Source: Thermodesulfobacteriota bacterium (GTDB lineage: Bacteria > Desulfobacterota > Desulfobacteria > Desulfobacterales > C00003060). Taken from it: DNA of 50,782 bases. Below, piece by piece: positions 38,635-48,342 of this stretch. The position numbers and the translations under genes are program-made. Each line of letters begins with the position of its first letter. Positions within the stretch are counted from its first letter, which is position 1. Below the pieces are notes generated by a model. The model was not told the DNA's origin, did not search any database, and saw only the letters and a list, made by a program, of their open reading frames with translations. Location: assembly GCA_034189385.1 (NCBI GenBank), contig JAXHVD010000029.1:1-50782 (forward strand), read 5' to 3'.

Positions 38635-41229
38635 ATGAAACATCAAGTGCTTATAGGTCTTGTCATAGCAGTTGCAATCACCTTGTTGCTCGGGCAACCA
38701 ACCTCCGCTGACGATGCAGCCCAGGTTTGGGTGGCCCCGTCGGTTATGCAGGAATTCGCAGACGGGGAAGTGACAACCCGTGTGATTGTGAATTTGCGTA
38801 AGCCTTCACGTGTCAGCCAACTCAGTAGTAATATAGGGGATAATGCGGTGCTACAACAATTGCGGGTGGACGTAAAGGAGGCACAGGACGCTGTTATTCC
38901 TGCGTTGGATATCAAAGAGGTCCGCATCATCCACCAGTTTTCCTACATCTTCAGCTTTGCAGCAGAAGTCTCGCTCAAAGGTCTTCAAGACTTGATTGAC
39001 CACCCTGATGTTGCTTCCATAGAAAAAGACGGGATTCTTGAGCCTCATCTGGCCCAGGGCATCCCGCTGATGAATGCGGCTGCCGTGCGCAACACCCACA
39101 ACGGCTCAGGCTTGTCCATAGCCATTTGCGATACTGGGATTGACTACACCCATGCTAGACTTGGAGGAGGAGGATTCCCCAACGGAAAAGTTATCGGCGG
39201 TCGCGACGTTGGAGAAGACGATGCCGATCCCATGGACGAAGAAGGCCATGGAACAAGCTGTGCTGGTATTGCAGCCGGAGACCTCCCGTCTTCTGGAGAT
39301 TATATCGGTGGGGTTGCGTACAACGCCAGGCTATATGCGGTGAAGATATCTCATGCCCCAAGTCACACTGCTTACAATACGGATATGATCGAGGGTTGGG
39401 AGTGGTGTATTGACCACCAATATGATGACCCGAGCAACCCGATTATGATCGTCAGCACGAGTTTTGGCGGGGATTACTTCACCACCACCTGTGATTCAGA
39501 ATCACCGTCTATGACGGCCGCCGCAGCAAACCTCAATGCAAGAGGGATCACCGTTTTTGCCTCTTCCGGAAACGACGGGTTCTGCGATGGTACCGGCTGG
39601 CCGGCCTGCATTACCTATGTGAATGCTGTGGGGGCAGTTTATGATGCCAGTATTGGGTTTCATGGTTGGTGCATCAGTCAGAATTCCTGTATCGGATACT
39701 CTGATCCTGTGGGTTGTGCGCCTCCCCGTTCCGAATGGCGTTGTGATGACGTATCCCCATCGGCCGACGATGTGACCTGCTACTCAAGCACCGCCTTTTT
39801 TCTTGACTTCTTTGCACCGAGCAATGAGGCTTACACTACGGACATTGTCGGAGGGGGAGGCTATGAACCAGGAGATTATGTCCCTGACTTCGGAGGAACG
39901 TCTGCAGCCTGCCCGTATGCCGCAGGAGCAGCGGCATGTTTGCAGAGCGCTTCAATGGCTGCGAACGGTATCTTCTTAACACCTGCCCAGGTCAGATCAA
40001 CGCTCGTACTCACGGGTGATCTGATAACAGACACCAAAGCCAGCATTACCAAGCCAAGGGTCAATCTGGGCGCTGCGATTGAACTTGTGGGGAACACCGA
40101 ACCAACCTGCGACGCAAAGGGGCCTTATGCTGAAGAATGCGGGGGCGTGACCACGCAAGTATTGCTCGACGGCACCGGCTCGAGCGATCCTGAGGGTGGC
40201 CCATTGACTTACTCTTGGACCACCGATTGTCCTGGTGGAAGTTTTGACGACCCCGCCAGTGCAACTCCGACGCTTACGGTGGATTCACAGCCAGGTTGTC
40301 TTGATTGCAGCGTCACCTTGACGGTAACCGATAGGGGTGACCTGTCGAGCAACTGCTCGGCTCCGGTTACTATTACCGATACGCAGAATCCCGACATTAC
40401 CTGCCCACCAGATATTATTATAGCGCCTAGCGATCCTGAGGACCCAGACCATACGGGGTGGGCGACGGCTACAGATGTGTGCGACCTCGATCCGGAGATC
40501 ACCTTCTCGGATGTTAAGAAGACGTGCACGGTGGGATTTAAAATTAAAAGGACATGGACGGCTACGGACGATTGCGGAAACTCCGACAGTTGTGAGCAGA
40601 TTATAAAGACCGATTCAGACGGGGACGGAGTGCCGGACTGCAATGACAACTGTCCCCACACTTTTAACCCGGACCAGGCTGATAATGACACCGATGGTGT
40701 TGGTGATGTGTGCGACAACTGCCCAGACGATTACAATCCCGACCAGGCTGATAATGACAGCGATGGTGTTGGTAATGTATGCGACAACTGCCCAGACGAT
40801 TATAACCCGGACCAGGCTGACAAAGATGCCGATGATATCGGAGATGCCTGCGATTCGGAGTACACTATCTGCTCTGTCCTTGGCAATGATCGTACGATTT
40901 ACAGTCGAGATCTTGACGACTTCTGTTTTTCCGGAAAGGCGGGTGAAACTGTGACGATTCGAGTAGAAGCTAATGTGTGGGGACATTGGAGAGGGAAAAA
41001 GGTACCGTTTGCATTTTCCCCGCACCTCATGAGAAGACAGACAGTGACACTCCCCTTTGAAGTGACCAGGACCTTGCGTGCTTCTGGTTTGCATTGCGTG
41101 AGTGTGGGTGATTCACGACGGGGCGTAAGGCTAAGATATAGCGAAAAATTCACAGGCGACTACTGCATCACCTTTACAGCCTCCCCAGAGACCGCCATAA
41201 CGTTTGAAGCAGGCCATTATGTTGAATAG
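38635..41229 (+). CDS. Secreted S8 subtilisin-like protease with propeptide, PKD, HYR-like and TSP3 repeats and a shared C-terminal domain
   Basis: Catalytic triad AICDTG / GHGTSCAG / FGGTSAACP; three DNCP..NPDQAD repeats. Confidence 0.93.
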   Translation: MKHQVLIGLVIAVAITLLLGQPTSADDAAQVWVAPSVMQEFADGEVTTRVIVNLRKPSRVSQLSSNIGDNAVLQQLRVDVKEAQDAVIPALDIKEVRIIHQFSYIFSFAAEVSLKGLQDLIDHPDVASIEKDGILEPHLAQGIPLMNAAAVRNTHNGSGLSIAICDTGIDYTHARLGGGGFPNGKVIGGRDVGEDDADPMDEEGHGTSCAGIAAGDLPSSGDYIGGVAYNARLYAVKISHAPSHTAYNTDMIEGWEWCIDHQYDDPSNPIMIVSTSFGGDYFTTTCDSESPSMTAAAANLNARGITVFASSGNDGFCDGTGWPACITYVNAVGAVYDASIGFHGWCISQNSCIGYSDPVGCAPPRSEWRCDDVSPSADDVTCYSSTAFFLDFFAPSNEAYTTDIVGGGGYEPGDYVPDFGGTSAACPYAAGAAACLQSASMAANGIFLTPAQVRSTLVLTGDLITDTKASITKPRVNLGAAIELVGNTEPTCDAKGPYAEECGGVTTQVLLDGTGSSDPEGGPLTYSWTTDCPGGSFDDPASATPTLTVDSQPGCLDCSVTLTVTDRGDLSSNCSAPVTITDTQNPDITCPPDIIIAPSDPEDPDHTGWATATDVCDLDPEITFSDVKKTCTVGFKIKRTWTATDDCGNSDSCEQIIKTDSDGDGVPDCNDNCPHTFNPDQADNDTDGVGDVCDNCPDDYNPDQADNDSDGVGNVCDNCPDDYNPDQADKDADDIGDACDSEYTICSVLGNDRTIYSRDLDDFCFSGKAGETVTIRVEANVWGHWRGKKVPFAFSPHLMRRQTVTLPFEVTRTLRASGLHCVSVGDSRRGVRLRYSEKFTGDYCITFTASPETAITFEAGHYVE

Positions 41230-41275
41230 GTACGTGAAGGAGAGGTAGTGACCCCGGCAAAGACCAACACGTTCA

Positions 41276-41302
41276 AAAGGCAGGGTCATTCGGCCCTGCC
41301 TT
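41276..41302 (+). terminator. Intrinsic terminator, GGCAGGGTCA family
   Basis: AAGGCAGGGTC-ATTC-GGCCCTGCCTT. Confidence 0.72.
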
Positions 41303-41434
41303 CCTAGTGAAAAAGCCCCACATCTTGTGGTGGTGCCCTTCACCACGAGACGCCATTAGATGGTTGCTCTGTCCTTGTTACTTTGATTTTCAACATGTTA
41401 CAGGTATTGCTCGACTATAAGTAGTTTCGAAGAC

Positions 41435-41542
41435 CCTCTGAAATGCGAGATCTCCGCTGCATACATAAACCGCTTGTTTGATCATGCCGATTGGCGATTA
41501 TGTGAGATAACCTTCTGAAAGGCCATGATGTTTCAGGTATCC
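41435..41542 (+). repeat. Inter-cassette spacer block
   Basis: CTCTGAAATGCGAG, TTGTTTGATCATGCCGATTGGC (41474) and AACCTTCTGAAAGGC (41509). Confidence 0.85.
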
Positions 41543-41789
41543 TGGACAAATCTGCCCCGGCGGTCTCCCCGATTGAAGGGGGTCTCTGTTGGCAAGCAAA
41601 TCACCAAACAAAATGTCCTTCATCCTCGTCTCAATACCCCCAACGCTATTTCACTGAATTTTTACTTGCCTATGTACGTGCATTTCAATTATGGGTGTAG
41701 AAAGGCATGCTGCAAAATGATAACGCTCACGACAAAAAAACTCGCATTTCGTAAACATCGTTTGATCCGGGAAGGTTAAGGAACTCTTG

Positions 41790-43553
41790 ATGGATGGCAA
41801 ACCTACATACGAAGACTTCATGCGCCGGATATCTCAGAATCAGACAATTGATTCGAAAATGAAAGAAGCTACTGAAAAGTATCAAAGAGGAGAGCTGGAA
41901 AATGCTGAAAACATCTATAAGGAGATACTTCAAATAGACCCACGGCATGCAGATGCTTTGCACCAACTTGGATTGATTGCACACGATAAAGGTGACGCAG
42001 CTCAGGCAGTTGACTACATAAGTGCAGCAATCCAAGTTGAATCCAAGAACCCAATTTATCACAATAACCTCGGCACAGCTTTTGTGGAAAAGGGAAATCT
42101 TGCGGAAGCTAGTGCCTGTTATCAGAAAGCCACCGAATTGAACCCGGCCTTTTGCGAGGCTTATAACAATCTTGGAATAGTGCTCGAAAAGCAGGGCCTG
42201 CACAAGCAGTCTGCTGAAGCTTGCACTCAGGCTTTAAATCTAAAACCAGATTATGCCCCTGCTCATTCTGGTCTCGGCACGGCTCTTTATAGTCTTGGTG
42301 ACATCGATCTTGCTCTTCACCACTATTGCGAAGCCGTGCGAATAGACCCTGACTTCTTGGAGGCCTACAATAACTTGGGCGAACTACTTGAAAAGCTGAA
42401 CCGTGTTGATGAAGCACGGAAGGCAGTAGACAATGCCATAAGACTCCAACCAAATTCATACAAGGCGAGATTGAATTTAGCCACGCTTGAATACCGGGAT
42501 GAGCGATACGAGGAAGCATGCTCCATTCTGGCAAAACTACTGGAGGAGGATCCTTCTCATCCATCTTTTCCTCGAGCTGCCAGTTTAATGGGATTAGCTT
42601 GCGATAAGCTAGGCCATTTTGAAAGGGCCTTTAAGTCCTTTCTCGAAGGCAACCATTACATATCGAACTCGAGCGAGGCGGGCTTGCTCGAGGAAGCGAG
42701 CATGAAACATCTTAATTCAATAGAATACCTCCGGCGGTGGTTCAGCTCTGAAAACATTTCAGCTATGGACAATTATGTTCCCCTGAGAGATGACCGGCAG
42801 CCCGTTTTCCTTGTGGGATTCCCCCGGTCTGGGACTACTCTCGTTGACCAAATACTGGCTGCCCACTCGTCGGTTAGAACAATCGAGGAAAAGCCTACGC
42901 TCGCTGAAATCACTGGCGACTTTTTCGAAAACGAAAATAGACTGCAGGCGTTAATCAGCCTCAGCACCGAGGAAATTGATAATTACCGGTTACGATACTG
43001 GGAAAGAGTCAACAATGAACTCAAAGGCGAAGAACAACCAGTGGTAACAGTAGATAAACTGCCACTCAATATCATTTGGTTGGGACTCATATGCCGATTT
43101 TTTCCACAGGCCAAGGTCATTGTGGCCTTACGTGACCCAAGGGATGTAATAATAAGCAATTTCATGCAAGATTACGAACTAAACCGGTCAATGTATCACT
43201 TCCTTACTTTAGAGACCACGGCTACGTTCTATGCTGCTGTCATGGGGCTGTACATTCATTACCGAGAAGTACTCCCCATGGAGTGTCTGGAGATACATTA
43301 TGAAGATCTTGTATTCGACACGGTTTCTGAGATTCGGAGGATACTAGACTTTCTAAATCTCAGCTGGGAGGAGCCAATTCTCAATTACCATGCGGCAGCA
43401 AAAGAACGAAAGATATGCACTCCAAGCTACAAACAGGTGGTAAAGCCAATTTATACGGAAGCCGTTGCAAGATGGGTTCATTACAGGAGTTGGCTAGAAC
43501 CGGTACTCCCTGTTCTAAAACCTGTCCTGAAGATACTGGGTTATGATACCTAA
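41790..43553 (+). CDS. TPR-repeat sulfotransferase family protein
   Basis: TPRs (AYNNLG); PAPS-binding VGFPRSGTTL; DKLP; LRDPRD; YEDLV; TPSY.QV.KPIY. Confidence 0.93.
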   Translation: MDGKPTYEDFMRRISQNQTIDSKMKEATEKYQRGELENAENIYKEILQIDPRHADALHQLGLIAHDKGDAAQAVDYISAAIQVESKNPIYHNNLGTAFVEKGNLAEASACYQKATELNPAFCEAYNNLGIVLEKQGLHKQSAEACTQALNLKPDYAPAHSGLGTALYSLGDIDLALHHYCEAVRIDPDFLEAYNNLGELLEKLNRVDEARKAVDNAIRLQPNSYKARLNLATLEYRDERYEEACSILAKLLEEDPSHPSFPRAASLMGLACDKLGHFERAFKSFLEGNHYISNSSEAGLLEEASMKHLNSIEYLRRWFSSENISAMDNYVPLRDDRQPVFLVGFPRSGTTLVDQILAAHSSVRTIEEKPTLAEITGDFFENENRLQALISLSTEEIDNYRLRYWERVNNELKGEEQPVVTVDKLPLNIIWLGLICRFFPQAKVIVALRDPRDVIISNFMQDYELNRSMYHFLTLETTATFYAAVMGLYIHYREVLPMECLEIHYEDLVFDTVSEIRRILDFLNLSWEEPILNYHAAAKERKICTPSYKQVVKPIYTEAVARWVHYRSWLEPVLPVLKPVLKILGYDT

Positions 43554-44010
43554 GCGTGAAAAGGCAAGTGAATAAAATTAGTTAACATGGGGAACGGATG
43601 CAGGGCACCTAGTTTAAACCTAATCACTTCACATCAAAATTACAATTCCTGTTTTCTGCTATCGCCGATGACCAAATGACACATAGTCACCGGTCAATTT
43701 TGATAAGCGGTGGTAATTCTCAGTCGATTCGCAAAGGCCTGCAGTAAAGGTGTTGCTATAAGAGCTTAATTGGGGCCAGTTTACAGATTGCGTGACTATC
43801 TTTGCCTTTTGGCGGACCGTTTTCGCTGGGGTATGTTAGGGAAATCTGCACGCGCATGTGACCACGATCTTCACATCATATTGTATCTCCTCGCTCCCAC
43901 GTCGTCTTGAATTCGCCCTCTCCTAACGGACTTCCAACAGACCTCTAGTCACAGCCAAAACAGAATGTGCCAGGGATTTTCACTCAAGTAAGGAACACAG
44001 GAAAGGGGGC

Positions 44011-44039
44011 TTGACCCAGGAGGTGTCCTGTGTTACAAT
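44011..44039 (+). promoter_or_regulatory. sigma70 promoter TTGACC-17-TACAAT
   Basis: Near-consensus hexamers upstream of the riboswitch. Confidence 0.65.
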
Positions 44040-44099
44040 CAGTTCATACCAACCTTTAGCAATCCTACTTCACAAACGAATGCAAACCTGGAGGACGCA

Positions 44100-44129
44100 G
44101 TGAAGCTGAAGTTCCTTGTTTCAGCTTAA
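44100..44129 (+). CDS. Possible 9-aa uORF MKLKFLVSA directly 5' of the riboswitch
   Basis: GGAGG RBS 5 nt before GTG; resembles MELKFLG at 9301-9324. Confidence 0.35.
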   Translation: MKLKFLVSA

Positions 44130-44130
44130 G

Positions 44131-44290
44131 ACCGCCAAGGCCGAACCCATCGTGAGGTGGGGGCGGAAAGCCATGGATCTCAGTAGCTTCGAGTTGCTGC
44201 TGGTTTAGGCGAATCTGGATCTGAAAGAGATAGCCGAGTTGCCGAGTGTGACATCGTGAAGGTCACAAAAGGCGTAGCTCGGCTTTTTTT
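44131..44290 (+). ncRNA. c-di-GMP-I (GEMM-I, G20) riboswitch with terminator
   Basis: Near-identical to 38001-38159. Confidence 0.93.
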
Positions 44291-44448
44291 GTCTGTGCCC
44301 TTGGCTCTGGCTTGATTGGGCTTTTAGGGCAACCAGAAAAACGATGATGAGGAGAACAACTACGCCCTGGCGGTTCGCCCCGGATGATGATCCCCTTTGC
44401 TGTTCTTTTTTGAAAACATTCCTAGAAAGAAGAAAGGAGGACTTTAAA

Positions 44449-46454
44449 ATGGAAAGGACAACAAGAATCGCAACAACTTTGGTATTGGCTTACTGTTTAT
44501 TGCCTATACTTGTGGGCTTTATGGTTAAGCAGCAGACGGCAGAAGCCGCAGTTGTCTATAGTATTAGTCAAAATGGGATAGATTTGGGATCTGTCATACC
44601 TATTGAAACCGCAGAAACAGGTGCTGAATATTACGATCATCGTCCTCTTAGTGGATATCCTGATTTTGGACCGGAAGCAAATAAAAGCTTTATATGGCTC
44701 CATCGGAATACCTTAACTGATGATATAAGTGTAGGGTTAATCCATAATAAAGAACGCGACGGCGGAACAGGTAAAATGTTCATGAGGGTTTCTGGACTTC
44801 CTAGCACTGCCTCATTAGACGTGACGGACGATGTCCCTGGCGGGGGCGTTACCGACACCTATTCCTTTAGCCCACCGTCAGCAGAATTTAGGTGGCACTG
44901 GGGCGGTCATGCTGACGGCGCGGTAATAGGAGGGCTAAATGGCTTATGGACCGTTACGGTCACGCCTTTTGATAGCGGCGGCATTACTTTTTGGCATTTC
45001 GTCAGTGCTAGCGATGGTAGTGGTGCATTGACCTTGACCTCTCAAAGACACTTGAAATAAAGGCGGTGCCGACGTCAAGTGCTGACTGTAATATTCTGAA
45101 GGCATGGCTTGTATCGGAAAATCAGCATTATGAAGCGCCTTTTTCTCGCCCCGACGCCTATCTCGTGTTTGGGGCCATACAGGTTGACTGCATCCTTTTC
45201 GCTGTCTACATGGACCGTGTTTCGGACAGCACTACACATGAACTCTTTCACGCCCCAGGCTGGGATACTTTCAGGCCTCACGCGTTCGGGCGTTATTTCT
45301 CTGATCCACCGCCGGGGGATGATTGGGTGGGGAGTTATGTATTTTGGGTGGATGAGAACGAGAACAGCGTTCTTGACACGGGAGAACCGTCTACAAATGT
45401 GGCAATGCCCTCGGAGTTCATTCAGCAGTTGGACTTTCCCGCAGAAGTATCTATTTCTGAAGGTGTCCACCCAAGCATTACTTTTAGCTCAGTCAGCAAT
45501 GCAGACCGGTATTTGCTCCGAATCTTCAGAATTAACGAAAGCGGTAATCCAGATTCCTCTCTTTTGCTGGATCAGTCAGAGGTGATTGAAGATGATGGAT
45601 CGCCTAGCTATTGCTATCAATATACCGGGGATGCCTTTCAGACGTATGGGTCAACCTTGACGATTGCGATAGAGGCCTATGAGGATGGTCCTTGTGATTC
45701 AGTGGTAAATCGGTCCAGATATTATGTTCAGCACACAGTCCCCGTGACCGGAGCCTGTTGCTTGCCTGACGGTTCGTGTATGGAGGCAATGGCCATTGAA
45801 TGCGCTTCTGCCGGTGGAACCTATCAAGGCGACGGCATTGACTGTGCTTCTGCTAATTGTTCGCTTTGTTTTAGCAATTCGGACTGCGGTCCGGAGTTTT
45901 ACTGCGCAAAGCCTGAAGGCGACTGTGATGGTGAAGGGGCCTGCACTCCGCTACCGGAATTCTGCCCTATGGTAATAGACGAAGTATGTGGGTGCGACGG
46001 AGAAACATATATGAACGGGTGCGAAGCAGCCATGGCTGGCGTCTCAATAGCCCATCTCGGAGCATGTGACGTCGGGACTCTTTGCTCCACCCTTGGTGAT
46101 GATCCACGGCGATATGCGCCGGACATGGACGTTTTCAAGTTCTCCGGAAGCGAGGGAGAGACGGTTACGGTCACTCTGGAATCAAGTCCGCCGGAATACG
46201 GTGCGGGACAACGAGCGGTCTTGATCATAAGAAGCCTTTGCCGTGGTCTTCGCCTCTTCAAGCGGTTCAACGATGCATTGCCCCTTGTGATGACCGTGAC
46301 GCTACCGGTGACAGGGGATTACCATGTGAAAGTCATGGAGGCCCCAGGGAGGGCCGTGATTTGGGGAGAGAAGTACAAGGGAGACTATTGCCTTACTCTG
46401 GAAGCATCTCCATACACAGTGGCCACATTCGTACCAGATCTTGATATAGAATAG
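44449..46454 (+). pseudogene. Secreted multidomain protein (GACC Cys repeat, Kazal-like domain, shared C-terminal domain) split by a frameshift at ~45021-45060
   Basis: Signal peptide from ATG 44449 (AAGGAGG RBS); the -1 frame opens at 45021 reading IDLDLSKTLEIKAVPTSS into ORF 45066-46454, which has no signal peptide; Kazal-like VCGCDGETYMNGCEA. Confidence 0.75.
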
Positions 46455-46486
46455 CTGAAACGCTCAGACGAAGAAACATCGAACAG

Positions 46487-46514
46487 AGGTGGGGTCATTT
46501 CGGCCCTGCCTTTT
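46487..46514 (+). terminator. Intrinsic terminator, GGCAGGGTCA family
   Basis: AGGTGGGGTC-ATTTC-GGCCCTGCCTTTT. Confidence 0.72.
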
Positions 46515-47549
46515 CTCTTTTAGTTCTTGTGGTCCCGACCCACCGAGCAAGAGTAGCGATTGACATCAATCACCAAATGACCTGGATACAGATAACCCTG
46601 TGGTATGTTGATTCCCGAAGAGGAAAAAGAGGTACGCACTTTGGTTTTGCAGTTTCGGCCTGTGGGAAAGAAGGCCTAGGGCATAAGGCGCAAGGCGCGA
46701 GGTTCCAGCAACAAGTAACGGGTAACGGGTGACAAGACCAAAGAAAGAGGAAGGACACCAGAGGACAGACGACAGAGGGCGGCAGGCAGAGCAGAGAGGT
46801 GAATCGGGGAGACGGCGAGAAGAGACGACAGACGACGGAAAAGGGGGAGAAGACAGTGGAAGGATTTAGGGATGTCCATGATTCTATGGTTTTCGTTGGA
46901 TTTGCGAGATATCCTTTAGTAAGGCATGGGGGAGGGGAAGGGGAAAAGGAGGGAGCAGAAACCAGAAAAGTGATGAGGGATGAGGTCCCCCTGGTCTGAT
47001 TCAGTCCTCCCGGATTAGACGGGGCCGTAGGCCCCGCCTAAATAGGAGAAATGTGAGAGACAGATCCCCGCTTGCAGGTTGATTCGGGTGAAACGGGGCG
47101 AAGGCTCCTCACAAAGACTTCATTTTGCATCCTTCTCAAGACACTTTTCCACCCGAATTCTTGTTCGCTGAGCCCTTTGTTTCGGTTTTAACAACTCCTC
47201 GTCTTCTTTGTGTATTCACCCTTTTTCACATAGTAAGGCAGAAAACAGTTTTATCTATCAGAAAATTATGGAATAACATTTCGAAAAAAACGAAATATGG
47301 AATGTCGACCATGGGCTGGCTTAATTATCATCATCTTTCGTATTTCTGGACTGTTATGCCCGTATGGTCATGGGCACGTCCTTTAGTTTTACAGTTTCTT
47401 CGCTCCTGATTTAGGGGAAGCTGTTGAAAGGTTGAAAGGTTTGAACCGATTAAGCGAGCGGATTCTCCACAGGAGAGCTACCGCAGCCCCAGTGGGTTCT
47501 GCCTGACGGCAGTGGTTCTGTCCGTTGGCAGTGCTAGGGCGGCGCAGGC

Positions 47550-47657
47550 GGCGGGGTTAGCGAGTGTATAGTTAAAATGACAACATCCTTGCGGTGCTGC
47601 GGAGCTGTCGCGTCAGGGAGAACATTCCCTGTGGCTTGCCGCGGGGAGGGTTCAATT
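47550..47657. mobile_element. Probable non-autonomous IS200/IS605-derived miniature element
   Basis: CCCTGTGGCTTGCCGCGGGGA hairpin followed by TTCA resembles IS200/IS605 ends; no ORF. Confidence 0.4.
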
Positions 47658-48342
47658 TCCATTCGGAACACGAAGGACGGTAGTAAAGATTGTGCTATGT
47701 GAGATAACATCTTTGGAACGCCAAACTTCTTCTGATAAGCAAAGGCAATCTCAGCGCTGCCCAGTGACAAGCTACGTAGTGTTACCCATCTCAATCCGGT
47801 ATCGGTGGCTCAGAACACGGTTTGTCAAAACAGAGAGGTCCTTGCAAACCGGAAACTCAAAAACAGGTCGTGTCGAGTGTAACGACCTGGTACCTTTCTG
47901 ACCAAACTCCATAACTCCGGCCGTGGGTTCATATTTTTCTGACGGCCAGATACCCGGTCTTCTTCACCAAAATGACTACGGGGTCTGGTCTTGACGGGAT
48001 GTTGCCCAAACCGCAATCTCTTTGACCGGTTCGTTGGGGCGTTTTTTGCCGACAAATCTTGGCGATGCGTAAGACATGCGATTTCAACTGCTTGAGCCCG
48101 AAGGGCGAGTTTTGGATACGCAGTGAAGCGGTAGCGCCAACCGCCTGGAGTCCGCCGTAGGCGGACCAAAAAACGTCTCAGAACAGCAGACTTGATCGCC
48201 ACCCATTGCCATTCCGTTTTCCCATCATTTTTCCAATACCCCTAAAGTTTTCAAACAAAATGATCGAAAATAGATATAATAGACATACTTATCGGTTCTT
48301 GTTCTGTTTCAATCATCTCGATGTGACATAGAGCATGAGCAA

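Noticed and set aside
40640..40850. Tandem 69-bp repeats as CRISPR or VNTR
   Set aside because: These are in-frame TSP3 calcium-binding repeats with no unique spacers; no CRISPR array or cas gene was seen in the window
46670..47000. Purine-rich low-complexity tract with short heptamer repeats
   Set aside because: No consistent period or coding signal
47692..48202. Short ORFs before the kinase and at 50020-50571
   Set aside because: No RBS or recognisable motif; probably non-coding or decayed
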